Source: Anaeramoeba ignava BMAN
Lineage: Eukaryota; Protista; Anaeramoebae
NCBI GenBank assembly: GCA_028826165.1
Contig: JAPDFW010000062.1
Location: 62,001-126,000 of the forward strand
Length of the DNA: 64,000 nt
Direction: 5' to 3'
A program made the translations under genes and the position numbers. Shown piece after piece: positions 11,878-24,700 of the stretch. The notes under the pieces were generated by a model. The model saw only the letters and a program-made list of their open reading frames with translations, was not told the DNA's origin and did not search any database. Every line of letters starts with the position of its first letter. Within the stretch, counting starts at the first letter, position 1.

Positions 11878-13856
11878 TTAAAATTTATCTTGGTCAGGAG
11901 CATCAAGAGGAGCATTTTCATTATCTCTTTCATTTGCAATCTTTGTGTATTTCTCATCATCTTTGTTTTCAGTTTTTATAGAAGTTGATCTCAATGGTTC
12001 AAATCCATCATCTTTTAATTCATCACGGAAGAAGATATATCCAACAATAGCTGTAGCAATTCCACCAATAAGTCCTAATATTCCTCTATAAGAGAAAAAT
12101 ACATAATAAGAATTAATATTTAATTTTATTTACAAAGTGAGTTATTTATATAATTATTTTTATTTTTTTTAAATTTTTTTTTAATAAAAAGAATAAATTA
12201 TCAAATGAATAATAAAACTTACACAATCATAAAGAATTGATAATTTTGACCTGATGCAATACCTATTTAAATCAAGAAAGAAAATGAAAGAAAAAAAAAA
12301 TTTTTTAATTAAAAATGAATTAAAATTTAATCAATAAAATAAAACTTACCAAAACTAGAAGCATAAATCAAAAATAAACCTCTTCCAACATATGATCTTA
12401 AGAAGCCAAATTGCAAGAAGAAATATTGGAATCTGTCAAGCAAAACAGCAAATACGCAAACTATGCCAAAAATTCTGATTAAAAATTAAAATAAAAAAAA
12501 ATAAATTTATAATTATTTATATTTATATTTAGATTTATATTTAAATTTATATTTATAATTATAATTATATTTATATTTATATTTATAATTATTTATATAT
12601 ATAAATATAATTATAATTATATTTATAATTAAATTTATATTTATATTTATATTTATATTTATATTTATATTTATATTTATATTTATATTTAAATTTATAT
12701 TTAAATTTATATTTATATTTATATTTATATTTATATTTATATTTATATTTATATTTATATTTATATTTATATTTATATTTATATTTATATTTATATTTAT
12801 ATTTTATTTATATTTTATGTTTATATTTTATATTTATATATTTTATATTTATATTTATATTTATATTTATATTTATATTTATATTTATATTTATAATTAT
12901 ATTTATATTTATATTTATATTTATATTTTATATTTATATTTATATTTATATTTATATTTATATTTATATTTATATTTATATTTATATATTTATATTTATA
13001 TTTATATTTATATTTATATTTATATTTATATTTTTTATTAAATTTATTTTATATTTTATTTATTTATTTATATTTAAATTTATATTTATATTTATATTTA
13101 TTTATATTTATATTTTATATTTTATTTATATTTATAATTATATTTATATTTATATTTATATTTATATTTATATTTATATTTATATTTATATTTATGTTTT
13201 ATTTTATATTTATATTTATATTTATATATTTTATTTATATTTTATATTTATATATATTTATGTTTTTATATTTATATTTATATTTATATTTATATTTATA
13301 TTTATATTTATATTTATATTTATATTTATATTTATATTTATATTTATATTTATATTTATATTTATATTTATTTTATATTTATGTTTTTTTATTTTCATTT
13401 TATTTATATTTTATATTTTATTTATATTTTTATATTTATATTTATATTTTATATTTATTTATATTTTATTTATTTTATATTTATTTTTATATTTTATTTA
13501 TTTTATATTTATATTTATATTTATATTTATATTTATATTTATATTTATATTTATATTTATATTTATATTTATATTTATATTTATAATTATATTTATATTT
13601 ATATTTATATTTATATTTATATTTATATTTATATTTATATTTATATTTATATTTATATTTATATTTATATTTATATTTATAGTTAAATTTCAGTTGGAAT
13701 TTACGTTGCGTAGAAAGCTAAAAAGAATTGGTCAAGATTTAAGGATGAATTTGATTCTTTGAACATTACAACTATTGCAGGAATGATTAGTTGTGTTAAA
13801 AAGGCTAATATTAAAATATTGAAAATTAATTTAAATAATCCTGAATTTAATCCCAT
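11878..13856 (-). CDS. COPI-associated / Tvp15-like Golgi membrane protein, 4 exons
   Basis: ATG at 13856, intron 12475-13704, exon 2 encodes [16 protein letters not shown] (COPI_assoc-type motif), four hydrophobic segments and an acidic tail; stop at 11878-11880. Absent from the ORF track because the exons are short. Confidence 0.75.
12505..13680. repeat. (TTTATA)n hexamer microsatellite in intron
   Basis: Directly visible. Confidence 0.95.
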
Positions 13857-14086
13857 TTAAACTTTTTTTAAAAGCAAATTTTTTTTTGTTTTTGTTTTTT
13901 TTTTTAAATAAACAAAATGAATTTGAAAAGAAAAAAAATGAAAAAAAAAATTTAAAAAAAAAATTAAAAAAAAAATAAAAAAGGAGAAAAAAAAATTTTT
14001 TTTATTATTTTAAAAAGAAAAAAAAGAAAAAAAAAAGAAAAAAAATTGTTATAATTGTTCTTATTTGTTTTTTTTTAAATGTTTTT

Positions 14087-15434
14087 TTAAATGATTTTTT
14101 GTTTATGGAAATAATTTTTAAGATAATAAACTTGCCAAAAACCAGTTATAAGAAGAGTAAGAATTGATAATAAACTAAACCATAAAACTCTTGAATTTGT
14201 TGATTCTAAAAAAGAAAGAAAAAAAAAAGTGGAATAAAATAAAATTTTTTTTATTAAATTCCAAATAAATTTTTTTTTTAAATTACCATTTGTATTTCTC
14301 ATTGTTTCTTCTCTTTCTTTCATATATGACATTGTTGATGTTATTTCTTGAATTAATCCATCAATTCTTTTAAGTTCTCCTTCAATTGGTGTTAATTGTT
14401 CAGAATCAATAATTTTATCATAATCAATAGCAGATTGTCCAGAAAAATATGTAAATGATATTTTTTGAGTCATTTCTAATTTTAAATATAAATTTGATTT
14501 TAAATTTGATTTTAAATTTAATTATAATTTTAATTATAATTTTAAATTTATTATTAAACTTAATTTTAAATTTGATTTTAAATTTGATTATAAATTTTAA
14601 TTTTAAACTTAATTTTAAACTTAATTTTAAACTTAATTTTAAATTTGGTTATAAATTTAATTTTAAATTTAATTTTAAATTTAATTTTAAACTTGATTAT
14701 AAATTTGATTTTAATTTTAAACTTGATTTTTACGTCGATTTCTTCTTGGACCTCTTTGTGTATTAGATGTAGTAAAACAAAATCTATATGTTCCTGGATT
14801 TTCTGTTGTGAAAGCAAAATTTCCTTTTGCAATAGCACTTTTTTGATATAACATTTGTTCACGAGGATCATGAATCTAAATATATTTATATTTAAATTTA
14901 TTTTAAATATTTATATTTATATTTATTTTTTATATTTATATTTATATTTATATTTATATTTAGATTTATATTTATATTTATATTTATATTTATATTTATA
15001 TTTATATTTTTATTTATTTTTATATTTTAAATATTTATATTTATATTTATATTTATATTTATATTTATATTTATATTTATATTTATATTTATATTTTATA
15101 TTTATATTTATATTTATATTTATATTTATATTTATATTTATATTTATATTTATATTTATATTTATATTTATATTTATATTTATATTTATATTTATATTTA
15201 TATTTATATTTATATTTATATTTATATTTATATTTATATTTATATCTGAAAATATACAGCAAAATCAGTTCTTGGTAAATATGAAAATGATTTATATTTT
15301 CCTTTAATAAGAGTATCTGGTGGAAATTCTTCTGAAAAACATTTTGTTGAATCACCAGGAATTTCAAAAATAAGTGATTGAATTGAAATTAAACAATAAA
15401 AAAAGACAATTAAATTAACCAAAAAAGATTTCAT
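14087..15434 (-). CDS. TMED10: p24 family cargo receptor, delta subfamily (TMED10/Erv25-like), 4 exons
   Basis: Signal peptide, GOLD domain (KCFSEE...FAFTTENPGTYRFCF), coiled coil YMKEREETMRNTN|ESTNSRV, TM, and WQVYYLKNYFHKQKII tail. Confidence 0.9.
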
Positions 15435-15627
15435 TATAATCTTTATTAAAAACACGTTTTATTATTTATGTTTTATTATTATTTATTATTTTATTATTTT
15501 GAAAATTAAAAAGAAAAAAATGAAAAAATTTTTTTTCTCCTTTTTTTATTTAATTTTTTTTTTCTTCTTTTTTTAATTAATTTTATTTTTCTTCTTTTTT
15601 ATTTCATTTTTTTTAATTTTTGAAAGA

Positions 15628-16206
15628 ATGAAAATTACAATTTTTTTAATTGCAATTTTTGCTGTTGCAGTAGTTTACAGTATTTCTGAATGTGATACTG
15701 CAAAATATCTTGAAAACGCAGGATTTTCATCAACTCAAGTTCCAGTTATGGTTTGCATTGCCAAATATGAATCTTCATACAACTGTGGAGCAACTCACGA
15801 CAACACAGATGGATCAGAGGACTTTGGTCTTTTCCAAATTAACAGCTATTGGTGGTGCAGTGGTGGTCCAATCTCAAAGTAAGAAAAGGCGAAGAAAATT
15901 GAACAAATTAATTAATTAATTTTTTTTTAATAAACAATTTTTTTTCTCCTTTTTTTTTCTCCTTTTTTTTTTAAAAGATATGATGGTTGTCACAATACTT
16001 GTCAAAGTATGTTTAGTTGCCAAACTAATGCTAATTGCGCAAGAGTTGTTTATGAACAACAAGGTTATACAGCTTGGTACGCTTACAGAAGCCACAAATC
16101 TGTAAGTTTTATTTTTTTATTTTTTTTTTTTTATTTTTTATTTTTTAAATTATTTATTTTTTAAATTATTTATTAGGAATGTGACAGCTTCGTTATCCAC
16201 TGCTAA
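15628..16206 (+). CDS. Secreted c-type (GH22) lysozyme; exons 15628-15878, 15978-16101, 16177-16206
   Basis: Signal peptide; CIAKYESSYN (catalytic Glu), DGSEDFGLFQINSYWWC (catalytic Asp and GH22 signature), NCARVVYEQQGYTAW; ends CDSFVIHC*. Confidence 0.92.
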
Positions 16207-16482
16207 ATGTGGTTGGTTCTAATTCTTCTTCTCCTTTCTTTTTTCTTTTCAAATCAAAAGTTGATTTTTGATTGATTTTTTTTTCCAAATTGATTTTTTT
16301 TTTTTGAATGATGTTCCACAAATATTCAATAAAATCTTTTTGGTTCAAACACTTTCAAATCCAATCAAATCAAATTTTTTTAATTTTTAATTTTTAATTT
16401 TTTTGGATCGATTTTTATTTTTGAAAAATTTTAAAAAGAAAAATTTAAAAAGAAAATTTTTTTGAACGTGAATCAAAATGAA

Positions 16483-18167
16483 TTATTTTTTCTCTTTTTC
16501 ACTTTCTTTTTTTTTTTGAGATTCATATCTTTTAGCGAAATATTCAATAGTTAAATCCAAACCTTTAGTTAAGGGAATTTTTGGTTCCCAATTAAATTCC
16601 TTTTTAGCTAAAGAAATATCAGGTTTTCTTTGTTTTGGGTCATCTTGAGGGATTTTTTCATAACAAACATTAACATTGTTTTTGATTTTTTCTTTAACTA
16701 AATTAGCAAGTTCCATAATTGTGAATTCAGTTGGATTTCCTAAATTAACAGGACCAGTTATATTTCCTTCCATTAGAGCAATTAAACCAGAAACTAAATC
16801 ATCAACGTAACAAAATGAGCGAGTTTGTTTCCCATCTCCATATACTGTTAGATCTTTTCCGTCTAAGGCTTGAATTATGAAATTACTTACTACTCTTCCG
16901 TCGTTCTCCATCATTCTTGGTCCATATGTGTTGAAAATTCTTGCTACTCGAATATCTACGTTATGTGTTCGATGATAATCAAACATTAATGTTTCTGCAC
17001 ATCTTTTTCCTTCATCACTTTTTATTTTGAAATTCATTTAAAAAAATTAATATTAAAATTAAAATTCATTTATAAATTAAAATTAAAATTAAAATTAAAA
17101 TTAAAATTAAAATTAAAATTAAAATTAAAATTAAAATCAAAATTAAAATTAAAATTAAAATTAAAATTAAAATTTAAAATTAAAATTAAAATTAAAATTA
17201 AAATTTAAAATTAAAATTTAAAAATCAAAATTAAAATTAAAATTAAAATTAAAATTAAAATTAAAATTAAAAATTAATAAAATTTTAAAATTAAAATTAA
17301 AATTAAAATTAAAATTAAAATTAAAATTAAAATTAAAATTCATTTATGAAATTAAAATTAATATTAAAATTAAAATTAAAATTAAAATTAAAATTAAAAT
17401 TGAAATCAAAATTAAAATAAAATTAAAATTAAAATTAAAATTGAAATTAAAATATAAAATTGAATTAAAATTAAAATTAAAATTAAAATTAAAATTAAAA
17501 TTAAAATAAAATTAATTTATATTTAAAATTGAATTAAAATTAAAATTAAAATTAAAATCAAAATTAAAATTAAATTAAAATTAAAATCAAAATTAAAATT
17601 AAAATTATAATTAAAATTAAAATTAAAATTAAAATTCATTTATAAAATTAAAATTCATTTATAAAATTTAAATTGAAATTAAAATTAAAATAAAAATAAA
17701 ACATACTAACAACTACGAATTCCAATAGGATTAACATGACCCCAATAAGATTCAGTTTGAGGATGAACATGAGGATCACCATAAACCTCACTAGTTGAAG
17801 AGAAGAGGAGTCTAGCGCCAGTTTCCTTAGCCAATTCAAGCATATTTCTAGTACCCCAAACACTAGTCATAGTAGTTTTAATTGGGTCACTTTGGTAATG
17901 AACAGGACTAGCAGGACAAGCTAAATGGTATATTTTGTCCACCTGCAGCTTGATTGGCTCAACTACATCGTGTCGGATGAACTCAAATCGTGGGTGATTT
18001 AACCACTTGAAAATGTTTCTTTTTCTTCCAGTGTAAAGGTTGTCAATTACTATTACTGTTTTCCCAGATTCCATTAATCTATCTACTAAATGTGACCCCA
18101 CAAATCCTGCTCCTCCTGTTACTAATACTACTTCACTATCTTGTTCTATTTCTTCATACTTCTCCAT
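16483..18167 (-). CDS. UXS1: UDP-glucuronate decarboxylase (UDP-xylose synthase); exons 18167-17707, 17017-16483
   Basis: [34 protein letters not shown]|DEGKR across intron 17018-17706, [20 protein letters not shown]. Confidence 0.97.
17050..17700. repeat. (AAAATT)n hexamer microsatellite in UXS intron
   Basis: Directly visible. Confidence 0.95.
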
Positions 18168-18264
18168 TTCTTGTAAATTGAAAAATGATTTTTTTTTTTT
18201 GTGTAAAAAAATTTTTTTTCTTTTTTAAATTAATTTAAATTATTTAATTAAATTAAATCTAAAT

Positions 18265-18960
18265 TATTTATTCCACTTTTTTATATTAAATTTATTCCAC
18301 TTTTTTATATTAAATTTATTTTACTTTTTTATATTAAATTTATTCCAATTATTTATATTAAATTTATTCTAATTATTTATATTAAATTTATTCCAATTAT
18401 TTATATTAAATTTATTCTAATTATTTATATTAAATTTATTCCAAATATTTAAATTAAATTTATTTTACTTTTTTATATTAAATTTATTCTAATTATTTAT
18501 ATTAAATTTATTCTAATTATTTATATTAAATTTATTCTAATTATTTATATTAAATTTATTCCAATTATTTATATTAAATTTATTCCAAATATTTATATTA
18601 AATTTATTCCAAATATTTAAATTAAATTTATTCCAAATATTTATATTAAATTTATTCCACTTTTTATATTTAATTTATTCCAATTATTTAAATTATTTAT
18701 TCCACTTTTTTATATTAAATTTATTTTACTTTTTAAAATGAAATGATTTTTATTGAAATTAATGTTGAATTTTTTTTGAATTTAAATTAAATTTATTCCA
18801 ATTATTTATATTAAATTTATTCCACTTTTTTATATTAAATTTATTCCACTTTTTTATATTAAATTTATTTTACTTTTTATATTAAATTTATTCCACTTTT
18901 TTATATTAAATTTATTTTACTTTTTAAAATGAAATGATTTCTATTGAAATTTATTTTGAA
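18265..18960. repeat. 24-bp minisatellite (TATTAAATTTATTCCACTTTTTTA / ...CCAATTATTTA), ~28 copies, in divergent intergenic region
   Basis: TATTAAA recurs at 18284, 18308, 18332, 18356 and onward. Confidence 0.9.
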
Positions 18961-19139
18961 TTTATGTTGAATTTTTGAATTAAATTAAATAAAAAGAAGA
19001 ATAAAAAAGAAAAATTTTTTCTAATAATTACTCATCTTATAAAAAAAAAAAAATTTTAAATAAAAATAATTTTCATTTTTTTCTTCTTTCTTTTTAATTT
19101 AAAAACAAAGAAAAGAAAAGAAAATAAAATAATAATAAA

Positions 19140-20263
19140 ATGAAAAATCAAAAAACAACACATGGTGGTTATGGAAAAAAACAACCGACACCAAAACAAA
19201 ACAAAAAAAAACAACCAAAAAAAATACCAGAAAAACCACAAGAAGAAAAACAACCAATTGACAACCAACCAAAAAACAACAAAAAAACAGAACAAAAACC
19301 AAATCAAGGAAAAAATCAAGGAAAAAATCAACAAAAAAATCAAGGAAAAAAACAAGGAAAAAAACAACAACAACAAAAACAAGGACAGAAAAAAGAACAA
19401 GAACAAAAACAAAAACAAAAGTCAGTGTCAGGATGGGAACACGAGGGATTAGTGACATTTCTAGGATTTTTACTTTTGGCGTATTTTGTCATTGCAATTC
19501 TTATTGCACGTTATTATTTAAGGGGAGTATATGGACTATCAGATGCATTGTGGGCATGCAATGTGGGTCTTTTGATGTCATCACTTGGAATGATATTCAA
19601 ATCCGTACAATTAATCGGTGGAGGCGTTGTTTTAGTTTTTACTCCCGCATGCAATGTGGTATATTGATTTAATCGCCTATTTCATTACAGGCGAATTTCC
19701 AATTGGCTCAGCCAGTTATATTGTTTGGCCAGAAACTCCAAAACTGGAACTTTTTACTACAACACACCATCTTTGGTTTATTCCACTTTGCTTGACTGTT
19801 ATCTCTTTTAAGGATAAAATCCGCTTCAAAAGTTGGATTTTTGCTTCCCTTGCTATGATCTCTATTACTTCTATTTCGAGATTTTTTCTCCCTAAATCCG
19901 TTATTTTGGATGATGGTTCAACTTATGTTTTGAATATTAATATGGGTCATAATTTCTGGGGTATTTCATTTTAAAATTAAAAAATTAATTAAAATTTTTG
20001 AAATAATTTGACATTTCCGAAAATTAATTAAAAATTTTTGAAATTATTTGACATTTCCGAAAATTAATTTAAAAATTAAAAAATTAAAAAATTTTAATTT
20101 AGATGATACTCCAATTGATTTCTTACATACTTTTGATAATTCTCCTCCCCTTATTTACTTAACTTTCTTAAATTTTGTTGGATCTTTTGGTTTCAACTTA
20201 ATCGGTTATCTCGTTACTGCTCCAATTTCTCATCTTTTAGCACCAAAACTTAAAAAAGATTAA
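19140..20263 (+). CDS. Uncharacterised polytopic membrane protein with K/Q/N-rich N-terminus; one +1 frameshift at ~19645, intron 19961-20102
   Basis: About 7 hydrophobic segments with motifs DALWACN, (H)AMWYIDL, FPIGSASY, TTTHHLWFIPL, LNIN. Removing one C from ACTCCCGCAT joins ORFs 19140 and 19654. Confidence 0.7.
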
Positions 20264-20487
20264 AATTAACTTTCCAAAAAAAAAAAACAAAACCAATTTT
20301 TTTTCTCTTTTTTTTTTTCTTTTCCAAATAATTCAGTTGAAATTTAAAATCTCTCATTCAAAAGAATAAGAAAAAAAAAATTTCAATTTAAAATTTAAAA
20401 TTAAAATAATAATAATAATAAATCGGATAAAATTAAGAAAAGAAAGTAAAAAAAGTTTTCATTTTTTTGTTTGTTTTTTGGAATAAT

Positions 20488-21708
20488 ATGAAAAATAATT
20501 GGAACAACATTCTTCCTTATCTTCGACAATCTCCAATTACAGTTGAAAGTTTTCAAACTCAAATAAGAGATTTTAATGAACCTGAATATGATATAACAGG
20601 AATTATAATTGATCATGGTTCAGATACATTCAAAATAGGATTTGATAATCAAGACACACCAAAATCACTTATAAAACCAGTTATAGGAAGAAATAAAAAA
20701 CTCGAACAAGATATGAGATCAAATTTCATGTATCTTGAGCCTTATATTGGAAAAGAAGCATTTAATTTCCAAAAAGAAAAAAACTTGGAATTATGTTTTC
20801 CTTTTGAAAAAGGAGAAGTGCAAGATTTTGATAATTTAGAAAAAATCTATCACTCAATTTTTTATAAAGAACTCAAAATTGTTCCAGAAGAACATCCAGT
20901 TTTATTATCTTTGCCAATCCAAATTCCAGCAACTCATCGTGAAAAAATATGCCAAATTATGTTTGAAACCTTTAACGTTCCCGCGATTTATTTTGCTTGT
21001 CAACAACTACTTTCTTTGATTAGTTCAGGCAAAACATCTGGATTGGTTGTTGATTTGGGAAATGATTTAATTTCTGTTGTTCCTATTCATAATTTCTCAA
21101 TCGATTTCAATAACTCTTTTTCCCAAAATGATTTTTCAGGATCACATTTAACTGACTACTTGTTCAAAATGATTGTTGATTCTCATCATTTGGATTCTTT
21201 CTCAAAAAAAGATGCTCAAAATATTAAGGAAAATTTTGCTTATGTTGCTTTTGATTTTGAAGAAGAGACACAACTCCCTCAAGATTTCATTCAAAAAGAA
21301 ATTGAATTAACTGATAAATCAAAAATTAAAATTGGAAAAGAACGTTTTTTGTGTTCAGAACCTCTTTTTGATCCAAAAATGGTTGATAAAAATCAAATTG
21401 GAATCCACAAAAAAATTTGGGAAATGATCCAAAAATTCGATATTGATCAACAAGATTTCTATTTGCAAAATATTATTTTAACTGGTGGTTCTTCTTTATT
21501 TCCGAGGATTGAAGACAGATTGTGGAAAGAATTGGCGAAACTTTCTCTCAAAACAAATATAAGTTTAACAAAATCAAAAAATCCAATTATTGATAGTTGG
21601 ATTGGAGGTTCTTTAATTTCTTCAAGAGAAGGCTTTCAAAATTTTTGGATTTCAAAAGAAGAATATGATGAATCGGGACCATCAATTCATATTCGAAAAG
21701 TTTTTTAA
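20488..21708 (+). CDS. Divergent actin-family protein, intronless, with ~35-aa N-terminal extension
   Basis: IIIDHGSDTFKIG, PEEHPVLL, REKICQIMFETFNVPA, GKERFLCSEPLF, NIILTGGSSLFP, SWIGGS, WISKEEYDESGPSI. Confidence 0.92.
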   Translation: MKNNWNNILPYLRQSPITVESFQTQIRDFNEPEYDITGIIIDHGSDTFKIGFDNQDTPKSLIKPVIGRNKKLEQDMRSNFMYLEPYIGKEAFNFQKEKNLELCFPFEKGEVQDFDNLEKIYHSIFYKELKIVPEEHPVLLSLPIQIPATHREKICQIMFETFNVPAIYFACQQLLSLISSGKTSGLVVDLGNDLISVVPIHNFSIDFNNSFSQNDFSGSHLTDYLFKMIVDSHHLDSFSKKDAQNIKENFAYVAFDFEEETQLPQDFIQKEIELTDKSKIKIGKERFLCSEPLFDPKMVDKNQIGIHKKIWEMIQKFDIDQQDFYLQNIILTGGSSLFPRIEDRLWKELAKLSLKTNISLTKSKNPIIDSWIGGSLISSREGFQNFWISKEEYDESGPSIHIRKVF

Positions 21709-21797
21709 GAAAATGAAGGAAAAAGAATTTTTTTTGCTTAATCAAAATTTTTGTTTTTATTTTTGCTTGATTAAAAAAAAAAATTTTTTTCTTTCAT

Positions 21798-24700
21798 TTA
21801 AATTTTCCAAGAATTTATTAAAGATTGATTTTCTTCATCAAAGAAAGGCATATCAATTGTTTTGATAACAACTTCTCCACAAATAACACAATCAAAAGTG
21901 ATCATTTTGTGCAATTCCAATTTCAAATGTTGAATATATTCTTGAGTTTTATCAATTGAAGGTTTTTGGGGTTGATTTTGATTTGTATTTTTATTATCTG
22001 ATTGGTGCTTTGATTGCTCATTAATAATCATTTGGTTAAGTTCGAGGATTCTTTTTTTCTTAGAATTTGAGACCAGATTCTTTTCCAAAAGCTCGTTTTG
22101 GAGACATGATGTGTGGAATAAATGTCCGCAATTGAAAAAACAGAAATCTTTGTTGAGGATGGATGTTCCACAAAGATCGCAGCGAGGATTTGGATTGATT
22201 GTCGAGTAGCGATCTCGAAGCAGCTTGATATCCTCGCGGATTATATCTGTTGATTTTGTTGTTGAGTCCATTTCCTGTTTCAAATTTCGGATTTTTGAAA
22301 TGTAGTTATCAAGTGTTTTTTTAATTTGGTCTTTGAAATCATCAATTTTAACCGAATTGGGAAATAAAGGGAGAAGATCTTCAATAGAAATCTGCTCGTG
22401 CTCGTCGATAAACTCGATTGCTTTTTTGATATTCTTCTGCTTCTCCATGAGATCACGAGCAATTTTGAGAAGCAGTTGTTTTTTCAAGTCATCGTCTTCA
22501 GGCTTAAGTGCGTTTATTGTTGCCAATTTGATGTCTTTGATTTCCTTTTCTTGATTGTCTTCAAATTGGATGTCATTTTGGTTCTTAATATTTTCGTTGT
22601 TGAAATTTTTTTCGTTTATATTTTTGCGCTTCGGGTTTTTCTCTTTCATATAATTATCATTAAGCGCTAAATCGACAGCCTCTTCATAGAGACCCATCTG
22701 GCTGTATATATAAACGCAGGCGTCTTTTTTCCTGTATTTGGTGCACAAACGAAGTGCGTATTTAAGATCATAAAATGTCTGATGGATTTCCATGTTGAGA
22801 AAATTGAGCAATTCCGAGTCCTGGTTGTTTGATGCATATAAAGCAAGCAAAAAATTGTGGATTGTTGGATCGCGATTGTGCAACTGCTTGACACAGAACT
22901 CAAGATATCGGATTGCTTGATTGGACTTGACATGACTGGGATTTTTTGCTGGATCATAGCGCATAATTGCTGGAAGTAAACTGACAGTATTTAAATTCGA
23001 CGCTTTTAGGATCCACAAGTCAACTGTTTCAACGGGCAGATGGTTCATCAAGATCGGCGAGTATTTGTAGATGATTTCGTCCGACTTCTGCCCTTGAATT
23101 ACCTTCAGTGCTTCTTTATAATTTTCATTTTGGATGTGATGTGAAATCACCCGTTCGAAATCTCCAACTGATAATGCATAATCTAGAAGAATATCAATCC
23201 GTCCGTGCTTTGATATCATTTCGTACGTGATCTCGGGATTAAGATGTCTTTTGTTTTCCACAAGAAAATACTTGAAATCCTGCAAAGTCTGTTTGAATTG
23301 TTCTTTCAATTTTTCAATTTCGTTTTTCGGTTTTTTTTCCGTTTCAAGTTCTTCGATTTTGAGATGGATTTGGTTCAATGATGACAAGTAAATCTCCGTG
23401 AGCCAAGCGCATATGATCTTGAGCTGTGTGAAATCTTGTTCCCCAATAGCATCAATTTTGTGTGTTAAAAAATCTTTTAGTGCATTGTTGTCGATATTTA
23501 GAAATTTAAGTACGATTTTTTCAAATGGTATGTTTGTTTTGGCATATAAAGCTGCGGCGTAATTGTATTCTTGATTTGCATAATGAAATTTTGCTTGGGA
23601 TTTGTAGACTTGATTTCTTTGATAATCCTTATTTTATACAATTAATTAAAAATTCATTTAAAATTCATTTAAAATTCAATTAAAATTCATTTAAAATTCA
23701 TTTAAAATTCAATTAAAATTCATTTAAAATTCATTTAAAATTTAATTAAAATTCATTTAAAATTTAATTAAAATTTAATTAAAATTCATTTAAAATTTAA
23801 TTAAATTTAATTAAATTAAATTAAAATTCATTTAAAATTCAATTAAAATTTAATTAAAATTCAATTAAAATTTAATTAAAATTTAATTAAAATTCAATTA
23901 AAATTCAATTAAAATTCAATTAAAATTCAATTAAAATTTAATTAAAATTCATTTAAAATTCAATTAAAATTCATTTAAAATTCATTTAAAATTCAATTAA
24001 AATTCATTTAAAATTCATTTAAAATTCAATTAAAATTCATTTAAAATTTAATTAAAATTCAATTAAAATTTAATTAAAATTAAATTAAAATTCATTTAAT
24101 TAAATTAAAATTCATTTAAAATTCAATTAAAATTCAATTAAAATTAAATTAAAATTTAATTAAAATTAAAATCGGAAAAAAATTAATTGATTTTCTTACA
24201 TTTGAACAAGATTCAATTGCCATTTCAAATTGTTTTTGATTTAAATAAATTTTCCAAATATCTTTTTTTTCATTATTCACAAAAATTCTATAAAATCCTC
24301 TTTCTGAAAATAACCAAATAATATCTCCTGTAAAATCATGTGCAAATGCTTTTAATTTTCCAATTTCACTTATCTATTTTAAATTTTCAAATTTTATCTT
24401 TTTAAATAATTGTTCAAAATAATTTTTTTTCCTTTTTTTTTTACATCAAAAAATTCTTTATCAAGTTGAACAACAATATCTTGATTTAATTTACAAACTG
24501 CAGCAAATTCTTCAGGAAAAACAAATAAAAAATGATAATCAGTTTGAACAAATGAAAGAGGAGGATTTGCTTGTGTTGGAATAAGATAAGGAACAAAAGA
24601 AGCATTTGAAATTACCTTTTTTTTTTAAATTAATTTTAATTTAAATTTTTGTTTTCAATATCAATATCAATATCAATATCAATATCAATATCAATATCAA

